Below are positions 1 through 9,768 of a stretch of DNA of 57,586 nucleotides, piece by piece. How positions within the stretch are numbered: the first letter of the stretch is position 1; every line of letters begins with the position of its first letter. Source of the stretch: Planctomycetota bacterium (GTDB lineage Bacteria > Planctomycetota > SZUA-567 > H5-PLA8 > JBOHNC01); the NCBI GenBank assembly GCA_050730415.1, contig JBOHNC010000270.1, forward strand, positions 1 to 57,586, given 5' to 3'. A program made the translations under genes and the position numbers. The notes below the pieces were generated by a model. That model was not told the DNA's origin, did not search any database, and saw only the letters and a list, made by a program, of their open reading frames with translations.

Positions 1-40
1 GGGGGGGGGGGGGCGGGCCGGACGGTTAACCCGGGGCCCC

Positions 41-104
41 GCCTACCGCGGGTCATTCGACCCACGGCTACCCATAGGCGGCCCCTTACGGGGCCAAGAA
101 AAGA
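41..104 (-). repeat. two-hairpin intergenic module (family E), reverse orientation
   Basis: The reverse complement reads TTCTTGGCCCCGTAAGGGGCCGCCTATGGGTAGCCGTGGGTCGAATGACCCGCGGTAGGC. It aligns with 46896-46963. Confidence 0.65.
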
Positions 105-477
105 CACGAAAGCAAAAATTTCTTCCGAGCCCCTTCATCCTTTATCCTTCTTCTTTCATCCCTTCTTCAACCGCCGTCCGCTGGGCAGCCGCGGCTCGCA
201 CCGGCGACCGGACGATGTCACCGGCGCGGCGGTTGTCCGCGACCACGCCAGCGGAGACGGCGGCTCCAAAGTTTTCCGCAGCACATGCCAATTATCCAAC
301 GTGGAACGTTTCGAAATCTTCCCGGGAAAAAATGCCGGCGTTCAAAATAGTTGTGTGCGATGACGGTGCGCCGAAGTTGCACCGGGGAGTCCGCCGGTCA
401 ACGAAGAATCCCCGCGCCGGCCGAAGCCGGAGCGCGGGGATTTTCGGGCTGTTGGTGTGTTGCACCCGTGGCCAACC

Positions 478-2082
478 TCAATGCCCCGCCGCGTCGTGCT
501 TGTAAAGCGAGCCCACCCGGTAGTAGACCTCGAGGCACAGCGCGCCGTTGGCCGTCGACCAGACGCGCCCCAGGTTGGCGTAGGCGCCGGTGGGATCCCA
601 CGAGCCCTTTTCGTCGCCGTCCTGGCGCTGGTTGGGCACCAGCATCGCGATCATCGCTGCGTTCCATTTCTTCCAGGTCGCGTTGCTCATCTGGAACGTG
701 GCGACGGTGCCGTAGTACATGTAGTACCAGTTCACGTCGGCGCCATTCGCGCCCCAGCTGGGCAGGCCTTGTTTGTCGACCGCCCAGTTGATGGCCGGTT
801 CGAGCTGATCCTTGGGCCAGCCGAGGAACATCCGTGCGGTGCAGCCGATCAGGGTCTGCATCGGCGTCGCCGACGGGCGTGCGGGCTGGTACTTGAACCG
901 GTTGCCGCTGTAGGGGTCGTTCGGATCGCCTTTGACCTCGACCGAATCGAGGAAGTTCACCCCGCCCTGCAGGGCTTCCTGCGGCACGGCGAGTTTGGCC
1001 AGGCGGGCCGATTTCAACTGCATGATGAACCAGCCGGTGACGGAAATGTCGCCCGGCTGCCGCGCCGAATAGCGCCAGCCGCCGCGTTCGGAGCCGGTGC
1101 CGTCTTCATGCTTGTCGCAGGAGTAATTCACCGCGTTCTGCGCCGCCGTGTGCAGCGCGGCGTTGTGCGGCGACATGCCGAAGCTTTCGGCCAGCGCCAA
1201 TCCGCAGATGGCGTGGAAGTAGCCGGGACCGTAGCTGGTTTCCTTGCCGTTGGCGCCGGGCATGATGCAGCCGTCGGCGCGCTGCTGCTTCATGATCCAG
1301 TCCTGCGCGCGCTTGACGTTGTCGCGGAATTCGCCGCGCCGTTCGGTTTGACCGGCGCCCAGGAAGGCCAGCAACGCGACGCCGGTCGCGGCGGTGTCGC
1401 AGCGAGCGCTGTCCTGCGCCTGGTATTTCACCGTGTCCCAGTGGCCGTCCGGCTCCTGGTGTTTGGCCAGCCATTCCAGTGCCAGATGCACCGCAGTTTC
1501 GGTTTCCGTCCCGCCGCCGCCAGCCTTCGCCGCGCGCAGACGGCCGCGGCCGTCCATGCTGCCGTAGGCGCCGGCCGGACCGCCGCCACTCACCCCCATG
1601 GTGCTGACAACACTGTAGCCGTTGTAGTTCACGTTGCTGAGGTTGTCTTTCTTGCCCTGTGAGGTGTTGGACTCAGAATTGTTATCGCTTTGGTTTTCCT
1701 TGGGGTCGACCACCGGTTCGATGACCACCACGGGATCGGGCACCACCGGCTGATCGAGATTGATGGGCACCGGATGGGTTTGGACCACCGGCTTTGGCAG
1801 GTGAATGGGCTCGACCTGTGGCTTGACCTGGTCGTCCGGCGTCGAAGTGATCATGGCAATCGTGGTTTCATGGGGGATTTCGGTCATCATCAGGATGAAC
1901 AGCGTGAACACGATGGCGTGGAAGAGGCTTGAAACAATCCACCAAGGCACCGGCCCGATATGGCGGGCGACCGAATCGAGCACCGAATCGTCTTCGTCCT
2001 GACCCTCGTCACCGGCATCGCCTTCAACGCTCGGCGCGCCAGGCTGTTGCGCTTGCAGCGTTTCGTCGTCTTCATGTGTCAT
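478..2082 (-). CDS. membrane-anchored prenyltransferase/squalene-oxidase-repeat (terpenoid-cyclase-fold) protein
   Basis: 534-aa ORF. It has an acidic N-terminus, one TM helix (WWIVSSLFHAIVFTLFILMM) and a Pro-rich linker. QW-like repeats follow (KHQEPDGHWD, KQQRADGCI, SERGGWRY, NQRQDGDEKGSWD), along with RCDTAATGVALLAFLGAG. The architecture is paralogous to 11164-12747. Confidence 0.8.
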   Translation of the reverse strand: MTHEDDETLQAQQPGAPSVEGDAGDEGQDEDDSVLDSVARHIGPVPWWIVSSLFHAIVFTLFILMMTEIPHETTIAMITSTPDDQVKPQVEPIHLPKPVVQTHPVPINLDQPVVPDPVVVIEPVVDPKENQSDNNSESNTSQGKKDNLSNVNYNGYSVVSTMGVSGGGPAGAYGSMDGRGRLRAAKAGGGGTETETAVHLALEWLAKHQEPDGHWDTVKYQAQDSARCDTAATGVALLAFLGAGQTERRGEFRDNVKRAQDWIMKQQRADGCIMPGANGKETSYGPGYFHAICGLALAESFGMSPHNAALHTAAQNAVNYSCDKHEDGTGSERGGWRYSARQPGDISVTGWFIMQLKSARLAKLAVPQEALQGGVNFLDSVEVKGDPNDPYSGNRFKYQPARPSATPMQTLIGCTARMFLGWPKDQLEPAINWAVDKQGLPSWGANGADVNWYYMYYGTVATFQMSNATWKKWNAAMIAMLVPNQRQDGDEKGSWDPTGAYANLGRVWSTANGALCLEVYYRVGSLYKHDAAGH

Positions 2083-2329
2083 GGCAGCTTCTCCGCAGCG
2101 AACGCGGGTTCTGAACTTCGGCGCGTTCAGCCGAATCGTCCGCCAGCTTCAACGCAGGATCGGTCCGCCAGGTTCAAACTTTTGGGAGGGCGTACGGAAT
2201 GTCTGGGAAGGCAATATCTAGCGGTTGCATGAACGCACCTGCGCACTGCTTGAGCGGCCGCGCTAGGCACGGGGGCGCGGCGGGGGTTTTCGCTCCGCCC
2301 TCTTCTTCGTTTCAGATATTGGGCGTGAG

Positions 2330-3934
2330 TCAGCGCAGTTCGATCGTGTCGATCCGCTCGGGGCCGATGGCGGCGCGGACTTTTTCCACCACCGCCGCGG
2401 GGACGGGGTCGTCGAGCGTCAGCGCGACCACCGCCGCTTCGCCCTGTTTGCTGCGGCCCACCGCCATGTTGGCGATGTTGATTTTCGATTCGCCCAGAAT
2501 CGTGCCGAGCTTGCCGATCATGCCGGGCCGGTCCTGATATTTCATCAGCATCAGGTGCGGCGCCGGGGCGAGGTCAATCGACAAGCCGTCGATCTGCACG
2601 ATCCGCGGCATGGTTTCGTCGAACAGCGTGCCGCCGATCTTGCGGGTCTCCGATTGGCCGCCGGGCAGTTCCACGTCGGCGACCAGTTCGATGCGCGAAG
2701 CAAAGTTGCGGCAGTCGCTGCTTTTCTGTTCAACCAGTTCGACGCCGTGATTGGCCGCCTGAGCCTCGACGTTCACCAGCGTCACCGAATCGGCGCCGCC
2801 GGCGCGCATCAGGCCTTGCAGCGCGATCAGCGACAGCGCGCGCGTCTTGGCCGCCGAAATCTTGCCGTAAAATCCGACGGTCAGTTTTTTCACCGGCGCC
2901 GAGGCCATCTGCGCCAGGGCTTCGCCGAGGTTCTGGCCCAAGCCGGCCCACGGCGCCAGTTTCGGATCGAGCGTCACCGATAGGTTCACGGCGTTCCGGA
3001 CTTCGCCGTCGCGGAAGTACAGCACGAACTGCTCGGCAATCTGCTGCGAGACTTTTTCCTGTGCTTCCTTGGTCGAGGCGCCCAGGTGCGGCGTGATCAC
3101 CACGTTTTTGGCGGTCAGCAGCGGCCCGGTCTTCGGGTAGGGTTCCTCGGCGAACACGTCCAGCGCCGCGCCGGCCAGCCGGCCTTCATTGAGCGCCATC
3201 GCGAGGGCCGGTTCGTCGATGATCCCGCCGCGCGCGCAGTTCACCACGAAGGCGGTTTTTTTCATTTTGCGCAGGGCGTCGGCATTGAGCAGGTTCTTGG
3301 TGGCGTCGGTGAGCGGCGTGTGGACGGTGATGACGTCGCTGGCATGCAGCAGTTCGTCCAGTTCGACCTTTTTCACCCCGAATTCCGCCGCGCGGGCCGC
3401 GGTCAGGTAGGGATCGAAGACCAGCACGGTCATGTGCGCCGCTTCGAGAATCCGCGCGACGATCGCGCCGACCTTGCCGTAGCCGATCACGCCGAGCGTC
3501 TTGCCGTCCAGCTCCATGCCGGTGAACGATTTCTTGTCCCAGACACCGGATTTCATCGCCTGGTCGGCGCGCGGAATGTTCCGGACGCAGGCGAAGATCA
3601 TCGCCACGGTGTGTTCGCCGGCCGAGGTGATGTTGCCGAAGGGCGTATTTTCGACCGCGATCCCGGCTTTCGTCGCCGCCGCGACATCGATGTTGTCCAC
3701 GCCCACGCCGGCGCGGCCGACGACTTTGAGCCGTTTGGCGGCCGCGAGCACGGCGGCGGTCACCTGGGTTGCGCTGCGCACGATCAGGCCGTCAAAACCG
3801 CCGATGATCTCGCACAGCTCGGCTTCTTTCAGCCCGGTTTTCACGCTGACCTCCAGCCCGCCTTCGCGCAGCAGCGCGACGCAGGTTTCGGGCAGGCTGT
3901 CGGCGATCAGGATGCGAGCGGGTTGGGTGGCCAT
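2330..3934 (-). CDS. serA: D-3-phosphoglycerate dehydrogenase (long form with C-terminal ASB/ACT domains)
   Basis: 534 aa. Motifs: VVGRAGVGVDNIDVAAATKAGIAVENTPFGN, the NAD-binding GKTLGVIGYGKVGAIVARIL, and a C-terminal ACT-like HLMLMKYQDRPGMIGKLGTILGESKINIANMAVGR. Confidence 0.95.
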   Translation of the reverse strand: MATQPARILIADSLPETCVALLREGGLEVSVKTGLKEAELCEIIGGFDGLIVRSATQVTAAVLAAAKRLKVVGRAGVGVDNIDVAAATKAGIAVENTPFGNITSAGEHTVAMIFACVRNIPRADQAMKSGVWDKKSFTGMELDGKTLGVIGYGKVGAIVARILEAAHMTVLVFDPYLTAARAAEFGVKKVELDELLHASDVITVHTPLTDATKNLLNADALRKMKKTAFVVNCARGGIIDEPALAMALNEGRLAGAALDVFAEEPYPKTGPLLTAKNVVITPHLGASTKEAQEKVSQQIAEQFVLYFRDGEVRNAVNLSVTLDPKLAPWAGLGQNLGEALAQMASAPVKKLTVGFYGKISAAKTRALSLIALQGLMRAGGADSVTLVNVEAQAANHGVELVEQKSSDCRNFASRIELVADVELPGGQSETRKIGGTLFDETMPRIVQIDGLSIDLAPAPHLMLMKYQDRPGMIGKLGTILGESKINIANMAVGRSKQGEAAVVALTLDDPVPAAVVEKVRAAIGPERIDTIELR

Positions 3935-4179
3935 GGGAGTTCCTCCTGAGTCCGCCGCCGCGCGGGGATCGTCCGCCGCGCGCCGACGCGAATCGACGCA
4001 ATGAGGCGGACTATTGTACGCCTGCGTTGCGAAATCCGAAGCCGTCGCCGCGCGGATCGCGCGTTCGGTCCTCCTCTCGCGCCACCGTTCCTTCTATAAT
4101 GGTGGAGCACCTTTAAACGTGTCGCGAACCGCCGCGGGCGCCGCCCGCAGCCCGATCGCCGGCCTCGAGTCGCCTCTGC

Positions 4180-5958
4180 ATGTCTCTGCGTCAGCGCCTG
4201 TTGCTCATCGTCGCCACCGTCATGCTGCTGCTGGCCTTCGGCCTGGCGCTGCTGTTCATGGAACAGACCGCGGAAGACCGCCGCAACGGGATCGCGCTGC
4301 GCGAAGAAGCCTCCCAGCAGGTCGCCGACCGCATCGCCGAGCAGTGCTTCACCGCCGACGGCCCCGACTTCGATCGGTTCTACGCCCTCGCCGATGTCGC
4401 GCTGACTGCCGAAAGCGCGCTCGACCGCCTCGTGCTGCTCGACATGGACCACCGGATGCTGTACGAGGCCGAACCGGGGACGGCCGTGGGCCACACCACG
4501 CTGCTGGCCCCCGATTTTCAGATGCCTCCCTTCGGCGATCAGCCCAGCGAGAAAATGGTCAACCGCCTGGGATACAGCTTTGCAGTGACCCCCCAGGTTG
4601 CGTCGGCGCGCGGCGACCGCTTCGTGTTGCTCGCTCGCATCCGCCCGCCGCGATCCCAGGATATCGAAAGCACGCTGTTTTGGATCGTGATGACGGTGGT
4701 GGCCGGATCGGTCGTGATGATCGGCTTGATCTACCTCGCCATCTGGCGGTTGGTGCTCCACCCGGTCGAACGGCTGGCCGACGAAGTCGACCGGATCACC
4801 GACGAGGAACGTACCGCGCAGGCGCGCGCCGCGGAAGTCACCGCGACTGCCCCGCCACCCGCGACCGCGACCGCGACGGCAAACAAGGGCTCCGCCGCCA
4901 GTCCCGCCACGGACATGCTCGCCGCCCAGGTCGATCCGAAATCGCTGCCGGGCGCGCCGGTGAGTCCTTCCACCTCCGCCGCAGGCGCGATGATTCCGTC
5001 GGGTGAGAACGACTCACGGCCCACGCCGCCGCCCGGCCAGTCCAATACCTGGCTGGAACTGGAACGGCTGCAGGCGGAACTCATCAAGACACGCACGCCG
5101 CCGCCGGCGCGGGGAAATGAAATCAAGCGTCTGAACGCCGCTTTCGACACGATGGTGAAGGAACTGCGCGAGCACCGCGCGGATTTGCACGCGCAGATCG
5201 AAAAAGTCGTGGCCGAACGCGCGCAGGCGCAGGCGCGCTGGATCGCCGCCGAGCGGCTCAATGCCACCGGCCGGCTGGCCGCCGGCGTGGCGCACGAAGT
5301 TAACAATCCGCTGGGCGGCATTCGCAACGCGCTGCGCACCATCCGCGCCAAGGAGCAGGCTCGGCCCGACCGTGACCGCCGCACGCTGGAGTATCTTGAC
5401 CTGGCCGACGACGGCCTGGCGCGGATCGGCAACATTGTCAACGATCTGCTGGGGTTCTCGCGCCGCAGCAGCAAGCCGGAGCCGGTGGATCTGATCGAAA
5501 CCGCGGTCACCTCGCAACGCCTGCTGGCGCACCGGTTCCGCGACGCACAGACCGAATTTTTGCTCGAGAATCAAGCCGGCGGTCCGGTGCTCATCATCGG
5601 GGAGCGCGCCAAGCTGGGGCAGATTTTTCTGAATCTGTTCGGCAATGCGCTGGATGCGATTCTCGAACGCAACGCCGACCCGGCCGGCCGCAAAGTCACG
5701 TTGCATGTCCGCACCTCGGGGGAGCGGGTCACGCTGCGGATTCGCGACACCGGCAGGGGCATGTCGCTCGAGGCGCAAGCGCACGTCACCGAGCTGTTCT
5801 TCACCACCAAGGACCCCGGCAAGGGCACCGGCTTGGGCCTGGCGGTCGTCGCCACGATCGTCGCCGATCTGGGCGGACAGCTCAACTTCGAAAGCAGCAG
5901 CGAAGGGGCCTGCGTGAGCGTTGTACTGCCGTTGCGCGCAGGATCTGCCGGAGCTTGA
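4180..5958 (+). CDS. sensor histidine kinase (orphan, no adjacent response regulator)
   Basis: 592 aa. N-terminal TM (LLLIVATVMLLLAFGLALLF) and a second TM (LFWIVMTVVAGSVVMIGLIYLAIW). H-box AAGVAHEVNNPLGGIRNAL, N-box FLNLFGNALDA, G-box GTGLGLAVVATIVADLGG. A low-complexity Ala/Thr/Pro insert precedes the HisKA domain. Confidence 0.9.
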   Translation: MSLRQRLLLIVATVMLLLAFGLALLFMEQTAEDRRNGIALREEASQQVADRIAEQCFTADGPDFDRFYALADVALTAESALDRLVLLDMDHRMLYEAEPGTAVGHTTLLAPDFQMPPFGDQPSEKMVNRLGYSFAVTPQVASARGDRFVLLARIRPPRSQDIESTLFWIVMTVVAGSVVMIGLIYLAIWRLVLHPVERLADEVDRITDEERTAQARAAEVTATAPPPATATATANKGSAASPATDMLAAQVDPKSLPGAPVSPSTSAAGAMIPSGENDSRPTPPPGQSNTWLELERLQAELIKTRTPPPARGNEIKRLNAAFDTMVKELREHRADLHAQIEKVVAERAQAQARWIAAERLNATGRLAAGVAHEVNNPLGGIRNALRTIRAKEQARPDRDRRTLEYLDLADDGLARIGNIVNDLLGFSRRSSKPEPVDLIETAVTSQRLLAHRFRDAQTEFLLENQAGGPVLIIGERAKLGQIFLNLFGNALDAILERNADPAGRKVTLHVRTSGERVTLRIRDTGRGMSLEAQAHVTELFFTTKDPGKGTGLGLAVVATIVADLGGQLNFESSSEGACVSVVLPLRAGSAGA

Positions 5959-6027
5959 TAAGAACCTCAGATATTGAATGCCTTTTCCGGTGTCGGTTCG
6001 CGGGGGTGAATCGAAGACGATGCCTGC

Positions 6028-6100
6028 GGCGCAGGTCGGGTGCGGTTCCGCGCGATGGAATGGCGGAGAGGTCTTGACCGCCTCGGGTCGCGCGGAAGAG
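6028..6100 (+). repeat. intergenic repeat module (family D)
   Basis: GGCGCAGGTCGGGTGCGGTTCCGCGCG ... TCGCGCGGAAGA. The same blocks occur on the opposite strand at about 47000-47078 (reverse complement GGCGCAGGGTGCGGTTCCGCGCG ... TCGCGCGGAAGA). Confidence 0.65.
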
Positions 6101-6373
6101 GTGGTGGGGGCGGCGGCCGTACCAGGGTAGGCCTGCGGCCAACCCTTCGCTGTCTTATTTTGCGCCGATGGCGCACAGAAAAACAATCGGAAGAAGAAGC
6201 TGGATAGGGCGCGGGAACAAGCGGGTTGGCTGGGGGTGGGGGGCACAGGGGAACCCGACAGAATCCATTCGAAGAGGGAATGGATGGAAATAACTGGGTT
6301 TCGTAGGATGTGGTGCGGCTCGGTGCGTTCGGGGGGCGGCGCAAGACTTCCGTCGCGGACGCTCGGGCCGGTG

Positions 6374-7759
6374 TCAGAGGCCGGGCTTTTCCGGCGCCAC
6401 GGGCTTGGCGGGCTGGTCCCAAGCACCGGGGACCTCTTCCAAGCCGTCGTCAGCCGGCGGTTCGGCCACTGCCGGAGCTGCCATGTCGCGCTCGGCCTGC
6501 ACCCGCCGAATTTCAGCGTTGACCAAGTGCAGGGCGGGAATGGACGCCAGGGTGCCGGCGAGGATATACAGCGCCACCTTGTCCATTCCGATGAGGTAGA
6601 CCTGGCCGCGGTGGACATCCGGGTAGGTCAGGACCAGTTCGGACCAGCCGGCGGCCACACCGAAGGCCAGGCTGATGGTGATGTTCAGCATCGCCATGTA
6701 GCGGCCGCGCAAATGGGCGGGCGCGATGTCCACCGCGATCAGGCCCGCCAGCGGCCGCCGCAACGATCCCGAAAACTGCGACAGGAAAAACAGCAGGCAG
6801 AGCACCCACAGCACCGTGTTCGGCGGGCGGCTGACCAGCAGGTACACCATGCCGCCCGAAAGCAGCGCCGAACCCACCAGCAATTCCACCCGCCCAAAAA
6901 CATTCACCATCTTCCGGAAGGAGATCGCGCCCAGGATCGATCCAACGCCGCCGTACAGGTACATCAGCGCGAGGTGATGGTTGAGGGTCACATCCATGCC
7001 CTGGTTGCGCACCAGCCAGACGGCGATGTTCGCGACGTAGCCGAAAAACGTCGCCATGATCAGGAAAATCGAAAGGAAGAACGGCCACCCGCGGCGGTTG
7101 AAAACCACATAAAACATTTCGCCGTATTCGGTCAGCAGCGTCTGCGGAATGCGCGGCAGTTGAATGTGCGGAAAGTGCAGGACCAGCGCCGTCAGGATCA
7201 CGCCGATCGCGGCCAGCGAGAAAGGCACCGACTGCCAGCCCCAGGCGCCGCCCACCACCGCGCCGACCGGCACCGCCAGAATAACCGCCACGGGAAAACC
7301 CATGCTCAGGTAGGCGATCGCGCGAGTGCGCCGGTCGCCTTCGTACAGATCGCCGACGTAGGCATTCAGCGTGACGCCCAGCGGTCCGCCGAACAGCCCG
7401 GTGATCACCCGGCCGGCCAACAGCATCCAGACGTTGGTGGACAGCGCACACAACAGGTTGGCCAGCGTGAAGCCGGCGGCAAAGATTCGCAACAGGCTGG
7501 CGCGGCCCAGCCGGTCCGACCACGGGCCCCAGGCGAAGGCGGAAACGAAGGTCGCGACCGAGTAGCTGCCGATCAGCGCCGGGACCCAGTAGTCGCGCAC
7601 GCCGAAGTTGCGGCAGATTTCAGGCATCAGCGGCAGCATGATCATGTGGTCGGCGATGACCAGAAACATCAGCCCGGCCATCGGCCAGACGAAGTACAAA
7701 CTGCGCTCATTCGATGCGGGCGCGGGTTCAGAGCTAGCAGGGGGGGTGGTCACACGCAT
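6374..7759 (-). CDS. MFS transporter
   Basis: 461 aa with about 12 hydrophobic segments. It carries the MFS motif-A-like GPWSDRLGRASLLRIF. The long plus-strand ORF 6236-8158 is its antisense artefact. Confidence 0.9.
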   Translation of the reverse strand: MRVTTPPASSEPAPASNERSLYFVWPMAGLMFLVIADHMIMLPLMPEICRNFGVRDYWVPALIGSYSVATFVSAFAWGPWSDRLGRASLLRIFAAGFTLANLLCALSTNVWMLLAGRVITGLFGGPLGVTLNAYVGDLYEGDRRTRAIAYLSMGFPVAVILAVPVGAVVGGAWGWQSVPFSLAAIGVILTALVLHFPHIQLPRIPQTLLTEYGEMFYVVFNRRGWPFFLSIFLIMATFFGYVANIAVWLVRNQGMDVTLNHHLALMYLYGGVGSILGAISFRKMVNVFGRVELLVGSALLSGGMVYLLVSRPPNTVLWVLCLLFFLSQFSGSLRRPLAGLIAVDIAPAHLRGRYMAMLNITISLAFGVAAGWSELVLTYPDVHRGQVYLIGMDKVALYILAGTLASIPALHLVNAEIRRVQAERDMAAPAVAEPPADDGLEEVPGAWDQPAKPVAPEKPGL

Positions 7760-7817
7760 TCGCCGAAGCTGCGGACAGCCGCGCAGCAGCCCGATTGTAG
7801 CCGATTCGCGCCGGGCT

Positions 7818-8507
7818 TCAGCGCTGCGCGCGGTGGCGGCGATGCAGTTCCAGCACGCCGCGGCCGAGTTTCAGCAGCGGCCGGAGCCCGCGCACGGTCG
7901 CGCAGGCATATTCGAACCGCTGCCCGTCGTTGTGTCCGTTGCGCACGCCCACGGTGTACATGCCGCTGGTCCGCGCCGCGCGCAGCCCCGACCAGGTGTC
8001 TTCCACCGCCACGCAGCGCTGCGGCGGAAGGCTCAGCCGCCGCGCCGCCAGGCAATACACATCCGGCGACGGCTTGTTGTGCTTCACCGCCGGTTCGCTG
8101 CCCGAGGCCACCACCGGCAGCACATGCTTCCAGCCGAAATGGCGCAGGTACAGGTTGATCAATTCCGGCGGCGAGGCGCTCACCAGCGCCAGCCGGACTT
8201 TCTGCGCACACAGGTCCCGCACCAGCCGGTCGGCGCCGGGCATCGGCGTGACATGTTCGACCAGTTCGTGCATGAGGTCCAGTTTCATCTGCTTCAATTC
8301 GGCCGGGGTGCGGTTCACGCCCAGGATTTCGATCATGTCGCGGTAGACCCATTCGTCGGGAAAGCCGGTGTAGTCGCGCTGGAGCTTGCGGCCGGCCACG
8401 CCCAGCCGTTCCAGCATGGTGCGGTTGACGACGGCGTGGGTCGGTTCGCTGTCGACCAGCGTGCCGTCCATATCGAAACAGACGGCCAGAAACGGGCGGG
8501 ATGACAT
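7818..8507 (-). CDS. HAD-superfamily hydrolase (beta-phosphoglucomutase-like phosphatase)
   Basis: HAD motif I is VCFDMDGTLVDSEP. I prefer the internal ATG at 8507 (MSSRPFLAVCFDMDG) to the ORF-track start at 8591, which adds 28 non-conserved-looking residues. The start is uncertain. Confidence 0.85.
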   Translation of the reverse strand: MSSRPFLAVCFDMDGTLVDSEPTHAVVNRTMLERLGVAGRKLQRDYTGFPDEWVYRDMIEILGVNRTPAELKQMKLDLMHELVEHVTPMPGADRLVRDLCAQKVRLALVSASPPELINLYLRHFGWKHVLPVVASGSEPAVKHNKPSPDVYCLAARRLSLPPQRCVAVEDTWSGLRAARTSGMYTVGVRNGHNDGQRFEYACATVRGLRPLLKLGRGVLELHRRHRAQR

Positions 8508-8607
8508 GACGGGATGGATTCCTTTCAGGGCCCGGAGCGCGGCGGAGGCACCATTGTAGTGCGCGCAAAATTGTTTGCCCGGTTCCGGCAACGGCCAATT
8601 TCGCGAT

Positions 8608-9762
8608 TCAACCGTCTTCGTCCAGAAAACGCCGCCCCAGCAGTTCGCACACCGCGGCGCGCATCTCCCCGGCGTCGGCGTAGCGCTCCGCCGCCGCCCG
8701 TCGGGTCGCGCGCGACACGATCGTGCGCAGCGCGGGGTCGGTGCGGCCGAGCGCCGGATGGGCGCCGAGATCGACGCCTTTCGGCAGAAACCAGTCGCCG
8801 GCGGGATTCAACAGCAACGACGCCGGCGCGATGCCGGTCAGCAGTTCAAACAGCATCATGCCCAGCGAATACAGGTCGGCACGGCCGTCCGGCAGCGCGT
8901 TGCGCGGAATGCCGTCGAAGGGGCATTCCGGCGCCGCGTAGCCGGGCGTGCCCGCGCCCTGGCACTGCGTCACGCCCTGTGCGGTGGTGACGCGCACGCC
9001 ACCCCAGTCGATCAGCCACAGCGACTGGCAGCCGCCCAGCATCACGTTGGACGGCTTCAAATCCTGGTACACGAACCGCCGCTCCACGTTTTTGAACCGC
9101 TGCGGCCGGTGTAGATGGTTGAAGACGCTCAGCAGGCTGCGCGCGATCTCAAGCACCTCCTCCTCGGGCAGCGAACCGCGCGATTTCAGTTCGCTTTCCA
9201 GACTGCGGCCCCAGATGCGTTCGATCACGAGGTAGGGTTTTTCTTCGAGCATCTCCCGGCGCAGGCTTTCATCGGCGAAGCCGAACCGCCGCCCGCCCGG
9301 ATAGGCCAGCAGGCTTTCCAGGTAGGGGCTGGCGCCCAGCACATAGTCGTTCAGGTTCGGCAGATTGTTGCTGCCGGCCTGTCGCACCAGCGTCATCACG
9401 GTGCGCTCCACGCGCTGGATCGTCCGCAGGGTGCGCACCAGTTTCACCGTTTCCTCCGGCCCGCCTTGAATCTGCCGCAGATTTTCCGAGTGATGGTATT
9501 TGATCGCCTTGATCAGCGCCGCGCCGCCGGTGTGCCGGTCGCGGCAGGTGAACAGCAACCCCATGCCGCCGCCGGCGTGGAAAAGGTCAAGCACCTCGTA
9601 GCGTCCGCCGACGGTGCGCGGCATCGGGATGGGGAAGGGGAGTTTTTCGTGCGCGATCGGCACCACCGCGTCGGCCGGAAATCGCGGCTGCGGGTTCGGC
9701 GCGGCCCGGGAGCCCGATTCAACGGGCGAAGCAGGCGCGGCGGGCGGCGGGTCGGCGCTCAT
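8608..9762 (-). CDS. Hanks-type serine/threonine protein kinase with atypical catalytic motifs
   Basis: 384 aa. Gly-loop HAGGGMGLLF and ALIKAIK. The catalytic loop is FVYQDLKPSNVML (Y-Q-D instead of H-R-D) and the Mg loop is LIDWGGV (DWG instead of DFG). The activation segment ends in GTPGYAAPE. The start lies 6 bp downstream of the upstream gene's stop. Confidence 0.85.
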   Translation of the reverse strand: MSADPPPAAPASPVESGSRAAPNPQPRFPADAVVPIAHEKLPFPIPMPRTVGGRYEVLDLFHAGGGMGLLFTCRDRHTGGAALIKAIKYHHSENLRQIQGGPEETVKLVRTLRTIQRVERTVMTLVRQAGSNNLPNLNDYVLGASPYLESLLAYPGGRRFGFADESLRREMLEEKPYLVIERIWGRSLESELKSRGSLPEEEVLEIARSLLSVFNHLHRPQRFKNVERRFVYQDLKPSNVMLGGCQSLWLIDWGGVRVTTAQGVTQCQGAGTPGYAAPECPFDGIPRNALPDGRADLYSLGMMLFELLTGIAPASLLLNPAGDWFLPKGVDLGAHPALGRTDPALRTIVSRATRRAAAERYADAGEMRAAVCELLGRRFLDEDG

Positions 9763-9768
9763 GAGCTC

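Noticed and set aside
1-13. A run of 13 G at the very start of the window.
   Set aside because: A homopolymer G at a contig end is most simply a sequencing/assembly artefact, such as the no-signal G calls of two-colour chemistry. Nothing biological can be supported from it.
5014-8158. A 534-aa minus-strand ORF (5014-6618) and a 640-aa plus-strand ORF (6236-8158).
   Set aside because: The first is antisense to the histidine kinase and runs through a repeat-filled spacer. The second is antisense to the MFS transporter. Both are Arg/Pro/His-rich without motifs.
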